A stretch of 63,219 nt of DNA from Actinomycetes bacterium (GTDB lineage Bacteria > Actinomycetota > Acidimicrobiia > Acidimicrobiales > JAJZXF01). The DNA is taken from assembly GCA_021802485.1 (NCBI GenBank), contig JAJZXF010000005.1:1-63219 (forward strand). Direction: 5' to 3'. Shown here piece by piece: positions 18,031 through 27,623 of the stretch; positions within the stretch are counted from its first letter, which is position 1, and each line of letters begins with the position of its first letter. Both the position numbers and the translations under genes were made by a program. Under the pieces are notes generated by a model. It was given only the letters and a program-made list of their open reading frames with translations. It was not told where the DNA came from and ran no database searches.

Positions 18031-18550
18031 CTATGGCGAACACCTGTTTGTTCCGACATTACCAGCTCGCTCACCCCACGGCTAAAGCTGGGGGCTTGCG
18101 CTCGCATCCGGTCATCCGGTGATAGCCAGTCAGGGCAGCTACGGAGGACCGCTCTGGCCTCTGCGATGCCCTTCCGGGCAATCTCGGCGGCTTGCTGGTC
18201 GAATGTCCGACGTGGATGGCCCGGGCGCGTTGGCGATCTTCCCGTGTGTGAACGGCCTCGGGCACGCCCTGTGGCTGTTCGTGTACTGGGAGTTGATCGC
18301 CGGCTTGCTTTCGCCAAGGTGCCCTGCGTGCTGGCGAAGGTCATCTGTAGCTGGGTCTGTGTCTGGGTTTCACGCTGTGTCTGTGTTGTACTCATGAAAC
18401 CAGTATGAGCCGGGGGTGTAACATCGACGCTGGCTCGGGTGTAAGAAGCACCAGTGTGGTCGGATCGTGCGGTTGGAAGGCTTTCGTGGCAGGTACCAAG
18501 GCTGGACCGCTCAGCGTGTGTTTCTGGTGGCTTGGAGCTAATGTGATCCC

Positions 18551-19555
18551 GTGATTTCCCACAATGTAAATGTTGAGAGCGCTGCGACTGCGCTGCTCGA
18601 CGATAGACGGTCACTTTCCTTTGATGAGCTTGCCGGTCTTGCGGCACTGCCGGATGATATGACGGTTTCCCTTGCGGAGCTTGCCCATGAGGTTCGCTTG
18701 TCTTGGTGTGGCTCGGAGGTTGAGCTTGAAGGAATCGTTTCGGCGAAGACCGGTGGTTGTCCCGAGGACTGCAAGTTCTGCGGCCAGTCAGCTGGTAGCG
18801 GCTCAAGCATCAAGGCGATTCCGCTTCTCGATCCGGACGAGGTCCTGCAAGCGGCATTGGAGACGGCGCAGCTTGGTGCCTCCGAGTTCTGCATAGTTCT
18901 GGCTGTGAGGGGGCCGGACGAACGTACGCTCCAGCGTGTGATCGAGCTGGTTGGTCTGGTGCGCTCCAAGACGGACTTGAACGTAAATGTGAGCGCAGGG
19001 ATCTTGACCGCCGAGCAGGCCGTGAGGTTGGCAGAGGCAGGGGTTCACCGGTACAACCACAACCTAGAGACAGCGCGTTCATTCTTTGAAAATATTGTGA
19101 CTACGCACACCTGGGAAGAGAGAGCCGAAACGTGCCGTCTTGTGCGCTCTGCTGGCATGGATCTTTGTTGCGGCGCGCTTATTGGCATGGGCGAGACGCC
19201 GGACCAGCGCGTCGAGCTCATCTGCGAGATCCGCGACATGGAACCGAGCGAGGTTCCGGTAAACTTCCTGAACCCCCGACCTGGGACGCCCTTGGAGGGA
19301 TTCGGCCGAATCGAGGCGATGGAGGCTATACGCTGGATCTCGTTATTCCGCCTAGGTATGCCTGGAGTCATACTCCGCTATGCAGGCGGGCGCGAGATCA
19401 CGCTGGGTGATCTCCAGGCCATGGGGATGACATCTGGCATCAACGCATTGATCATCGGGAACTACCTCACGACCCTTGGGAGATCTCCTGAGGAAGACAT
19501 CGAGATGCTCAGGGAGTTGCGCATGCCGATTGGTACGCTTTCGAAGGTTCTTTAG
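18551..19555 (+). CDS. bioB: Biotin synthase
   Basis: Radical-SAM CxxxCxxC (GGCPEDCKFCGQS), then CIVLAVRG, NHNLET and the conserved C-terminal YLTT-type segment (GNYLTTLGRSPEED). Confidence 0.95.
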   Translation: MISHNVNVESAATALLDDRRSLSFDELAGLAALPDDMTVSLAELAHEVRLSWCGSEVELEGIVSAKTGGCPEDCKFCGQSAGSGSSIKAIPLLDPDEVLQAALETAQLGASEFCIVLAVRGPDERTLQRVIELVGLVRSKTDLNVNVSAGILTAEQAVRLAEAGVHRYNHNLETARSFFENIVTTHTWEERAETCRLVRSAGMDLCCGALIGMGETPDQRVELICEIRDMEPSEVPVNFLNPRPGTPLEGFGRIEAMEAIRWISLFRLGMPGVILRYAGGREITLGDLQAMGMTSGINALIIGNYLTTLGRSPEEDIEMLRELRMPIGTLSKVL

Positions 19556-19583
19556 GCTGAGAGCAGCTGGAAGCTTTCCGACG

Positions 19584-19799
19584 ATGAGCTACTGTGCTGG
19601 GTGTGGAAAGCCGAGCGGCGAGTGCTTTGGCTGCAGATCAGAACTTGACCCGCCGCGTTATTGCCCGAAATGTGGTCAGCGTCTGAGGGTCCAAGTCATG
19701 CCGGGACATTTCCTAGCGCAGTGCAGGACTCATGGCGAGGTCAGCTGGGTTGCCGCGCAGAGTCAGCCCGATTACTCGGGAGAAGGCGAGCCAACGTAG
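19584..19799 (+). CDS. bsaP: Small zinc-ribbon protein downstream of bioB, probably biotin synthase auxiliary protein BsaP
   Basis: MSYCAGCGKPSGECFGCRSELDPPRYCPKCGQRLRVQVMPGHFLAQCRTHGEV. The CxxCG...PPRYCxxCG-R-xVQVxP...C..HG pattern and the position 29 nt after bioB match what I recall for mycobacterial BsaP (Rv1590 family). Confidence 0.55.
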   Translation: MSYCAGCGKPSGECFGCRSELDPPRYCPKCGQRLRVQVMPGHFLAQCRTHGEVSWVAAQSQPDYSGEGEPT

Positions 19800-19941
19800 C
19801 CATACGGTGAACCGTGGGCCCATCCAGATTGGCCACCATGAGATAACCGAGCGAACTGAGGGCAGCCAACTAGGGTCGGTCTGGCCCCAGGAGATGTCCG
19901 GGTTCTTGGCCGGGCTCGAGTAGACCGGAAGCGTTTCCTGA

Positions 19942-21366
19942 TCAACCGGGGCTCAGCACGAGAACCGCTAGCAGGTCACCGACGTTAGGGTCGCTAGCGG
20001 AGTTCACGCCGGGAATTCTCGGACTCGTTGACTCTGTCACGGTGTATTTGCCTGCGTTCAGCGATGCTTGGGTGATCACGACGGCAGTCTTTGCCGACGT
20101 GGGGGAGACGGCATCGACTTGCATGTTTGTGGGTCCCGTTAGCGTGATGGCCTGCCCCCCGCCGCTCAGGGCGATGAAGACCGCGAGGCTGCCTTTCTTT
20201 GGAACCTTGAAGGTTGCGGAGGCTCTTGCGGCTCCGGCCTGGGGGTCGGTTGCGTAGCTGATGCTGCAGGATGCGAAGTTGTTGATAGCGGCGCCAATGA
20301 GTGCATTGTCTGCTGTCCTGGTCGCGTAGGAATTCGTGTTGCTGGTTGTGATTGCGAGGTTGGCTACGAGGTTCTTGCTTGCATCGTTGACGGAGGCATA
20401 CGATCCTTTCGCGAGGGTTGTGGAAGCTTGCGCGCCACCGGTCGCGTAACCGTAGACGTAAAGCTGGCTCCCGCGGTGGAACGCGAGGGATGTCGAGTTT
20501 TCAGCTACGCGTGCTGCGGTGACGCGTGGGGATCCGGTGCGCGATCCGGGACTCGCGAGGGGGCACGGCTTGTTGCTCTGTACCTGCGTAGTGAGAATGC
20601 TATTGGCTCCCGGTGGTCCGGGGGTGGTGCCCACCGGCGATGACGATGGGGGTGACGGTGAGCTGGTAGTGGGGACGGACGAGGTCGGGTTAGTTGTGGA
20701 GACCCCAGGAGCGGGGGCTGAGTAGGTGGCAACTTGGCCTGTTGAGTTCAGGCCGAATCCCACATACGCTCCGAGGGCCGCCAGGGTTCCTGCGAGCATT
20801 GCAGCGATGAGCGGTGCGATAGCCGGCTGTGCGGGAGCTTGAGGCTTGACCTGGGTGCAGAGTTTCCCGAGTGGTATGAACAGGACCGCTCCCGTCACAA
20901 GACCTGCTAGAGCGAGAACTAGGGCTATCCACGCAAGTCCGGAGGGGGTGGAGGAGGGGCCCGAGGCGGGCAGGCGCATGAGGTAGATGACGACGCTCAG
21001 GGCGAGGAGTAGTCCGAACATTGATGAAGCAGCGGCTGCAAGGAAGCGGCGTCGCTGTGGATGCGACGTCAAGAGCGCGAGGCGTGCCTGGCGCTCAACT
21101 GACGAAAGGCGGCCCCCTTTGTCGCCGTGGCTCTTGTTATGGTCCTCAGGTGATAGGGAAGACCCGGATGGTGCAGGCGCGTTGTCGTCCAGCGCGGGTG
21201 GGACTTGGTCCGGGATGGAAGACACTTCGGGCGAGGGCGGGCTCTGTCCGTCGGTGACCTTCGGTTCGTCTTCAGGACGAAGGATCACTAGTGCTGTTCC
21301 GCAGGCAGCACAGAACTTCGCGTTTTCTTCGGCCGCCCGTCCGCAGTTAGTACAATAAGTGGTCAA
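19942..21366 (-). CDS. Zinc-ribbon membrane protein with a Pro/Ser-rich linker and an extracytoplasmic C-terminal domain
   Basis: It has an N-terminal double CxxC (YCTNCGRAAEENAKFCAACG), three predicted TM helices, a PTSSVPTTSSPSPPSSSP linker and a ~200-aa C-terminal domain of unknown function. Confidence 0.7.
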   Translation of the reverse strand: MTTYCTNCGRAAEENAKFCAACGTALVILRPEDEPKVTDGQSPPSPEVSSIPDQVPPALDDNAPAPSGSSLSPEDHNKSHGDKGGRLSSVERQARLALLTSHPQRRRFLAAAASSMFGLLLALSVVIYLMRLPASGPSSTPSGLAWIALVLALAGLVTGAVLFIPLGKLCTQVKPQAPAQPAIAPLIAAMLAGTLAALGAYVGFGLNSTGQVATYSAPAPGVSTTNPTSSVPTTSSPSPPSSSPVGTTPGPPGANSILTTQVQSNKPCPLASPGSRTGSPRVTAARVAENSTSLAFHRGSQLYVYGYATGGAQASTTLAKGSYASVNDASKNLVANLAITTSNTNSYATRTADNALIGAAINNFASCSISYATDPQAGAARASATFKVPKKGSLAVFIALSGGGQAITLTGPTNMQVDAVSPTSAKTAVVITQASLNAGKYTVTESTSPRIPGVNSASDPNVGDLLAVLVLSPG

Positions 21367-21713
21367 TTGTGCTTCCCTTCCAAGGGGCCCCGGTCAGGGG
21401 TTCTCAGCGGTTGCTATGAGACCTGCCCCAGCTTCGCTAGCGACGCCAGCCCATGGCGTCTCCGGCATCGATCCGACACTTTACCTAGCCTAATGTACTC
21501 GTTTCCGATGTCGCCCAGCGTGACGCGTCGAGGCGGGAGGATCAGGACAGATGACTGCCGGTCGCTCGGATCCGTTCACGCATGTCCCATTGGCTGTAGT
21601 GTCGTGGTGCAGGTGCGCGCTTGCTGGCATGTGTATCGTGACCCCAGGGACCAATCGCGCCAGCTGTACACTCGAAATGGCTACTCGAGCCGGTTGAACC
21701 AGGAGACGAACTG

Positions 21714-22901
21714 ATGCGAACTGAAGACATGATTCTTGTAAGCGTCGATGACCATGTGGTCGAACCGCCGGACATGTTTCTCGAGCATGTCCCCGCGAAG
21801 TGGCTGGACAAGGCGCCTAAGAGCGTGAAGAAGCCCGACGGTACGGACGTATGGGTCTACGAGGGCAACGAGATACCGAATATCGGCTTGAACGCTGTCG
21901 CTGGGCGTCCCCCCGAGGAGTACAACATCGAACCCACCCGTTACGAAGAGATCCGTCCGGGGTGTTATGACGTGGACGAGCGGGTGCGGGACATGGACCG
22001 AAACGGAGTTCTTGGTTCGATGTGCTTCCCGTCATTCGTCCAATTCTGTGGTCAGCTGTTCGCGAGAAGTGCCGACAAGAAAGCAGCATTGGTCTTGTTG
22101 CAGGCGTACAACGACTGGCACGTCGACTCTTGGTGTGGCGCACACCCGGACAGGTTCATCCCCCTCGCGATACCACCCTTGTGGGACCCGCAACTCATGG
22201 CAGATGAGGTGCGGCGCATGGCGGCAAAGGGATGCCATGCGGTCACCTTCTCCGAGGATCCAGCGAAGCTTGGCTGGCCGCATATCTTCGGTGACCACTG
22301 GGATCCGTTCTTTGCCGCGTGTGAGGATGAGGGAACGATCATCTGCCTGCACATAGGATCGTCATCAACCATTCTAGGGCTCGCTCCAGGCGCCCCTATA
22401 GATGTGCTCATAACCATGACGCCGCTCAACGCGATGCAGGCCGCTACAGATCTGTTGTGGTCACCTGTGCTTCGCAAGTTCAAAGGTCTTCAGTTCGCGC
22501 TCTCTGAAGGCAGTATCGGCTGGTTGCCGTACTGGCTCGAGAGGATTGACTACGTCTACCAGCAGCATCATTTCTGGACCCATCAGGACTTCGGGGACCG
22601 GTTGCCGAGCCAGGTTGCCAAGGATCACTTCACGTTCTGTTTCATCAGCGATGGCGCTGGCATAGAGCAGCGTGATCGGATAGGTCCGGAGCAGATTACG
22701 TGGGAGTGCGACTATCCACACTCGGACTCCACGTGGCCTCAGTCACCCGAGGCTCTTTACAGGCAGCTCGCTGGTCTGTCTGACCCGGAGATCGACCAGA
22801 TCACCCATCAAAACGCAATGAGGATCTTCGGCTACGACCCGTTTTCCCTACGGCCCCGCGAGTCATGCACGGTTGGTGCTCTAAGAGGTCTCCCGCAGTG
22901 A
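21714..22901 (+). CDS. Amidohydrolase-2 (ACMSD-like) family metal-dependent hydrolase
   Basis: VSVDDHVVEPPDMF, GVLGSMCFPSF, CLHIGSSS and WECDYPHSDSTWP are typical of amidohydrolase_2 proteins. An RBS (caggagacg) lies upstream. Confidence 0.85.
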   Translation: MRTEDMILVSVDDHVVEPPDMFLEHVPAKWLDKAPKSVKKPDGTDVWVYEGNEIPNIGLNAVAGRPPEEYNIEPTRYEEIRPGCYDVDERVRDMDRNGVLGSMCFPSFVQFCGQLFARSADKKAALVLLQAYNDWHVDSWCGAHPDRFIPLAIPPLWDPQLMADEVRRMAAKGCHAVTFSEDPAKLGWPHIFGDHWDPFFAACEDEGTIICLHIGSSSTILGLAPGAPIDVLITMTPLNAMQAATDLLWSPVLRKFKGLQFALSEGSIGWLPYWLERIDYVYQQHHFWTHQDFGDRLPSQVAKDHFTFCFISDGAGIEQRDRIGPEQITWECDYPHSDSTWPQSPEALYRQLAGLSDPEIDQITHQNAMRIFGYDPFSLRPRESCTVGALRGLPQ

Positions 22902-23102
22902 GAGCAAGTAATCGAAGCAAGCCGATCAGTAGGCGATGACCCTCGTATAGCTTCGGTCTTGCAGAGCACTTGCCCTAGCAGTCGCGTGCGCGCCAAGCTA
23001 TCTCGACCGGAAGTCGCTCACTACAAGCCGGCTAAAGCTGGAATCGAATAGCAAAGTTCGCACTGCGGACACTCGGCAAAGTTACGAAGGAGGAATTGCT
23101 AG

Positions 23103-24011
23103 ATGGGTTTGCTCGACGGAAAGGTAGCTGTCGTTACTGGTGCTGGACGTGGTATCGGGCGTGAGGAGGCCCTGCTCTTAGCGGCCAAGGGTGCAACGGT
23201 GATCGTGAACGATGTCGGAGCGAGTCTCGCTGGAGATGCGAGTGGGGACCAGCCCGCGCAGGCCGTGGTAGATGAGATCGAGGCAGCGGGTGGTAAAGGA
23301 GCAACGAACTATGACGACATCTCGTCATGGAGCGGAGCCAAGGGCCTCGTCGATCAGGCTGTAGAGTCCTTTGGGCATCTCGATATCGTCGTCAACAACG
23401 CGGGAATCCTACGCGACCGGATGTCGTTCAACATGGAGGAGTCAGACTGGGATGACGTCATCCGTGTACACCTGAAGGGCCACTTCGCTGTCTCGCACTT
23501 CGCTGGCGTCTACTGGAGGTCGGAGAGCAAGGCAGGGAGAAATCCCTCGGGGCGAATCATCAACACCGCCAGCGAGGCAGGGCTGTACGGCAACGTCGGC
23601 CAGGCGAACTACGCGGCTGCGAAGGCCGGAATAGCATCGCTTACGTGGGTACTTGCTAGAGAGCTGGAGCGCTTTGGCGTCACAGTGAACGCGATTGCGC
23701 CCCGTGCCCGTACGCGTATGACTGAAAGCGCCTTTGGCGCGATCGAGGCGGGAGATCAGGGCTTCGATCCATGGGAGCCCGGCCACATCGCCCCCGCGGT
23801 CGTATGGCTCGCAAGCGACGGCGCCGCAGGCGTCACCGGCCAGATCTTTGTCGTCTTTGGCAGCACGGTGGAGCTGGTCGAGCCGTTCAAGGTCGTGAGC
23901 ACCCTGGATGCCGGCGCACGGCGCTGGGAGCCTGAGGAGTTGGTCCAAAGAGCACCGGAGCTGTTCGGGGACCGCCTCAGCGGCCTTCCGAAATTCGACG
24001 TCGGCCTCTAG
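23103..24011 (+). CDS. SDR family oxidoreductase
   Basis: TGAGRGIGRE Rossmann motif, NNAG, and the catalytic S...YAAAK motif (ANYAAAKAG). A strong RBS (gaaggagg) lies upstream. Confidence 0.9.
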   Translation: MGLLDGKVAVVTGAGRGIGREEALLLAAKGATVIVNDVGASLAGDASGDQPAQAVVDEIEAAGGKGATNYDDISSWSGAKGLVDQAVESFGHLDIVVNNAGILRDRMSFNMEESDWDDVIRVHLKGHFAVSHFAGVYWRSESKAGRNPSGRIINTASEAGLYGNVGQANYAAAKAGIASLTWVLARELERFGVTVNAIAPRARTRMTESAFGAIEAGDQGFDPWEPGHIAPAVVWLASDGAAGVTGQIFVVFGSTVELVEPFKVVSTLDAGARRWEPEELVQRAPELFGDRLSGLPKFDVGL

Positions 24012-24154
24012 CCAGTCGCTATCTCACGCGGGCGGCGCAACCTATCCTGGCCATGGTCAGCCCCGGGTTTTTGGGCAGCGAAGGCCTGTCTCGGGGCATT
24101 TTGTGATCGCCCGCACGCAAGGTATGTCACACTCGGGCGGGCGAGGTTCACCTG

Positions 24155-25027
24155 CTAATGGCGTCTCATTATTGCGGACCTCGACTCAGAGATGGTTTTC
24201 GGCATGCCAGCCTCCGCGAAGGACCGTATTCCCCAGCGCATCGGCCGCCCAAGAAGAGGGTAGATTGCGCCGGGAGCACCGAAACGGCGTGGAACGGTCA
24301 TATAGGTGCGGTGCTCTTCAAGCATCCGTACCACGGCGGCTGCGACCACCTGCGGCGGGTAGAGGCGCCTGCCATAGTCGACCGATGCCTTTTGCCAGAT
24401 CTCGGTGCCGATGGGTCCGGGGCTGAGTTCACCGATATGGACGCCGGTTCCAGCAAGATCGATTGCAATGCTTTGAGTCCAGGCTGATAGCGCAGCCTTT
24501 GATGCGCAGTAAGCCGCCTCCTGCGGCAACGGGAGGTGACCCGCGACCGAGGTGATGTTCACGATCGAACCAAGGTGGCGTTCGATCATCGAATGCAGCA
24601 CGCCTGAGGTCATGTAGACCGCACCAAGGTAGTTCGTCTGGATAACTCGCTCGACGTCTTCGACTGCTGTTTCGATCACATGTCGGTGCAGCGCGATGCC
24701 TGCATTGTTTACGAGGATGTCGACCTGGCCTGATCGTTGCAGAACTTCGGCGATCACCCTGTCTGAGTCTGCGCGCAGTGATACGTCAGCCACCACCGCG
24801 AATGACCCTGGCGAGCTTCGCTGGCATCGTTCCACGGTCATTCGAAGGCGCTCGGCCCGTCGAGCCACTGCTGCCACGGTGACGCCTCTGCGTGCAAGGT
24901 CCAGCGCAACTGCCTCGCCGATCCCCGAAGAAGCGCCGGTCACGATCGCCACCTTCGCCTTGAAGTCCACCTTGCTTCCCGAGTCCATCTTGTTTGCGAG
25001 TTGCAGGTTGTCACCGGCGCTGGTCAT
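24155..25027 (-). CDS. SDR family oxidoreductase
   Basis: The start was chosen at ATG 25027, preceded by GAGAGGAGG. It has VTGASSGIGEA, NNAG and AAYCASKAA motifs. The 121 upstream codons of the tracked ORF lack protein-like features. Confidence 0.85.
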   Translation of the reverse strand: MTSAGDNLQLANKMDSGSKVDFKAKVAIVTGASSGIGEAVALDLARRGVTVAAVARRAERLRMTVERCQRSSPGSFAVVADVSLRADSDRVIAEVLQRSGQVDILVNNAGIALHRHVIETAVEDVERVIQTNYLGAVYMTSGVLHSMIERHLGSIVNITSVAGHLPLPQEAAYCASKAALSAWTQSIAIDLAGTGVHIGELSPGPIGTEIWQKASVDYGRRLYPPQVVAAAVVRMLEEHRTYMTVPRRFGAPGAIYPLLGRPMRWGIRSFAEAGMPKTISESRSAIMRRH

Positions 25028-25368
25028 CTCTGCCAGCCTCCTCTCTTGGTCTCCTGACTTGCACGACTTCTGGTGCTTGGGGCTCCAGGTTATCGCAACC
25101 GGGGCGAACGCCAGCGCCAACGTGCTCTCGGAGGCCAATCTTGCTGGCTGGGTGTTTGTAGGCGACATCGGACTATCAGTAATGATCTTCGCCCGCTTGG
25201 GAGCCTCTGCGCCACCTTGGTGGCTTCGGGTCCGTGATTGACTCGAGCCAGCTGGGTTGCATGCCTTCGCTCCATGCCATTGGGTAATGATGGCTTCGAT
25301 GCTCCATGCTTGCGCCACAATGGGCCTTAACGCTAGGACGCTGGCATGCCGCTTCGATCGTTCTGTCG

Positions 25369-25465
25369 GTGATCGCATAGGCGAAATCAACCGTTCACTC
25401 GAGCGCTAACCCACGGAACCTCACGCGTCGAGGCGTGATCGCATAGGTGAAATCAACGGTTCACT
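25369..25465. repeat. Two 31-bp direct repeats (29/31 identical, 66-bp period) upstream of the electron-transfer operon
   Basis: gtgatcgcataggCgaaatcaacCgttcact at 25369-25399 and gtgatcgcataggTgaaatcaacGgttcact at 25435-25465. The second copy contains an internal dyad GTGAA-N8-TTCAC. Confidence 0.9.
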
Positions 25466-25609
25466 TCAGGTGTTCTGACGCTAGTTCCGAGCGCCGCGAG
25501 CCTTGATGATGATGATATGCGGAACACGATCAATTCGAGGCGCGCCCGCGCAGCCCACAGCGCGCCATCGATTCAAGGAAACTTGTCGGGGACCGGAAAG
25601 CTGGATGCC

Positions 25610-26626
25610 ATGGCGAGGAGCCTCGCTGCAATAGCGCGGGGACGCGTGACCGCCCGCCACCTCCAGGTTACCCTCGGCGTCATATGGTTGCTGGACGGTG
25701 CGCTCCAGCTGCAGCCGTTCATGTTCACGAAGGGGTTTCTGACCCAGATCCTGGAGCCGACCGCTGCAGGCCAGCCCGCGCCAATCGCCCACAGCATTCT
25801 TGGCATGGCTCATTTCCTCCAGCCAAATCTCATTGCCTGGAACGCGCTCTTTGCTGGCGTGCAGCTTGCGATTGGAGCGGGCCTCTTGTTCACGAAGACC
25901 GCAAAGCCCGCGCTGCTGGGTTCGTTCGTATGGTCATTCCTCGTATGGTGGCTGGCTGAGGGCTTTGGCGGGCTTCTAACGGGGTCCGCCTCTGCTCTGA
26001 CTGGAGCGCCGGGCGCGGTCTTGTTGTACGTGGTGGTTGGCCTATGCGCTTGGCCTGCATCATCTAGCGCGACCGCGGACTCTGTGTCCGCCTCACCGGC
26101 GAACTCGCCAGCCGGCATCCTTGGCAGCCGAGGCGCTCGCGCGGTGTGGGGCGCGCTGTGGCTTGGTTTCGCTGCGTTGAGTCTAATGCCAGCAAATATC
26201 AAGCCGGGCGCGTTGAGTGGTGTGCTGGCGTCGAGCGCTTCCGGAGAACCAGGCGTGCTTGCTGGCCTGGACCGTCTCCTAGCGCGGTTGATTGGAGGGA
26301 ATGGAACAGCAGTGTCGATAGCGCTAGCGGTGGTCGAGACTGCTATCGGAGTCGCGGTGTTGTTGCGCTGGCATCCGAAGGCCTTTCTCGGGCTTGGGGT
26401 CGCCTTTGCCATGGCGTTCTGGGTCGCGGGTCAAGATCTCGGAGGCATTCTTAGCGGTCAGGGAACCGATCCGAATGCGGGCCCGCTCGTGGCGTTGCTC
26501 GCAGTCGCGCTATGGGGAGTAGTTAGCCAGTCCAGCGCGGCGCTCGTAGCCGAACGTAGATCGAGGCGTCACAACGCGCAAGAGCACGTTGTGACCACAG
26601 ATGGAGGTATTGCTTTCGATGCATGA
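25610..26626 (+). CDS. Polytopic membrane protein (first gene of the operon)
   Basis: From ATG 25610: MARSLAAIARGRVTARHLQVTLGVIWLLDGALQLQPFMF... followed by about 8 hydrophobic segments. I could not assign a family. Its stop overlaps the NrfC-like start. Confidence 0.6.
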   Translation: MARSLAAIARGRVTARHLQVTLGVIWLLDGALQLQPFMFTKGFLTQILEPTAAGQPAPIAHSILGMAHFLQPNLIAWNALFAGVQLAIGAGLLFTKTAKPALLGSFVWSFLVWWLAEGFGGLLTGSASALTGAPGAVLLYVVVGLCAWPASSSATADSVSASPANSPAGILGSRGARAVWGALWLGFAALSLMPANIKPGALSGVLASSASGEPGVLAGLDRLLARLIGGNGTAVSIALAVVETAIGVAVLLRWHPKAFLGLGVAFAMAFWVAGQDLGGILSGQGTDPNAGPLVALLAVALWGVVSQSSAALVAERRSRRHNAQEHVVTTDGGIAFDA

Positions 26627-27584
26627 GGAAACAGTCGCGAGTAGCTCTGCAGGAGCACCAGAGCCAGCGGGCCAAGGGCCCAGCGGCGCCGAGGATTACG
26701 TGCAACCGAGGTTGGGTTCCGGCATCGCTGCGAAGGCCGCCTCGGCGGTGACTGCAGCCGTAGAGCCGGTTGTGATACGAAAGGTCAGCCGGCGGAGGGT
26801 GCTCGCTGTTCTCGGTGCAGCAGGAGCGGGCGCTGCAGCAGTTGGAACTGGTGTGCTGGGTAGGGAGAAGTCCGCGCAAGCGCTTGGCACGGGAGCGCGA
26901 GGTACGCCAGCAACAGTGTCGAAGAACCCTGCACGCCGTACTGCGCAGTGGGCGATGGTGCTTGATCTGCGGCGCTGCGACGGCTGCAAGGGGTGCACGA
27001 TGGCCTGCCAGCAACGTCACTACCTGCATGCCGACCAGACGTGGATCAAGGTTTACAAGATGACCTCGTCGGGCGGCCAGACCTACCACATGCCTCGGCC
27101 GTGCATGATGTGCGAGGACCCGCCGTGCATGTACGTCTGTCCGGTTGGCGCGACGTTCAGGAACGATGAAGGCATTGTCTTGGTCGACCAGAGTGTGTGC
27201 ATTGGATGCCGAACCTGCATGGCGGCTTGCCCGTATGAGGCCAGGTACTTCAACTGGTCGACCCCGAAGCCAGCGCCGCGGATGCCAGGTATGCCGCAGT
27301 CGCCGGAGTGGCCTGTTCCGCAGGTACTTGGCACGGTAGGCAAGTGCGTCTGGTGTGCGGACCGCCTGCCTCACGGTGAGCTCCCTGCATGCGTTCAGGG
27401 GTGTCCTATGGGGGTCATCTATATAGGAGACCTTGTCAGCGATGTCGCGGTCAACAGCTTCGGCGATGTGATCAGGATCGACGAGTTCATCAAGAAGAAC
27501 GACGCTGTGCGTTTCAAGGAGGAGCTCGGTACCAACCCAAGGGTCTGGTACGTGCTGGGACACGATCAGAGTTCGGTCGGATAG
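26601..27584 (+). CDS. Tat-exported 4Fe-4S ferredoxin-type subunit (NrfC/PsrB/HybA-like)
   Basis: Twin-arginine signal SRRRVLAVLGAAGAGAAAVG. It has four Cys clusters: CDGCKGCTMAC, CMMCEDPPCMYVCP, CIGCRTCMAACP and CVWC...CVQGCP. An alternative start exists at 26619. Confidence 0.85.
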   Translation: MEVLLSMHEETVASSSAGAPEPAGQGPSGAEDYVQPRLGSGIAAKAASAVTAAVEPVVIRKVSRRRVLAVLGAAGAGAAAVGTGVLGREKSAQALGTGARGTPATVSKNPARRTAQWAMVLDLRRCDGCKGCTMACQQRHYLHADQTWIKVYKMTSSGGQTYHMPRPCMMCEDPPCMYVCPVGATFRNDEGIVLVDQSVCIGCRTCMAACPYEARYFNWSTPKPAPRMPGMPQSPEWPVPQVLGTVGKCVWCADRLPHGELPACVQGCPMGVIYIGDLVSDVAVNSFGDVIRIDEFIKKNDAVRFKEELGTNPRVWYVLGHDQSSVG

Positions 27585-27623
27585 TGCTTGGGGGTTCGAG
27601 GACGTGACTGCAGGAAAACGGAT

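Larger units (their letters stand above)
15917..18094 (-). mobile_element. IS200/IS605-family insertion sequence, copy 1 (tnpA-tnpB in the same orientation)
   Basis: It is bounded by near-identical subterminal hairpins CCCCACGGCTAAAGC(C/T)GGGGG at 15917-15938 and 18074-18094. It contains a Y1 transposase gene and a TnpB gene coupled by a TGATG overlap. Confidence 0.8.

Noticed and set aside
23029-23046. caagccggctaaagctgg resembles the IS copy-1 end hairpin core (cacggctaaagctgg).
   Set aside because: Only about 12 nt match and the flanking C/G runs that form the stem are absent. It is more likely a chance match in an intergenic region than a solo IS end.
25435-25465. Possible CRP/FNR-type site (GTGAA-N8-TTCAC).
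   Set aside because: The spacing (GTGA-N10-TCAC) does not fit the TGTGA-N6-TCACA or TTGAT-N4-ATCAA consensus. It is kept only as an unassigned repeat or dyad.
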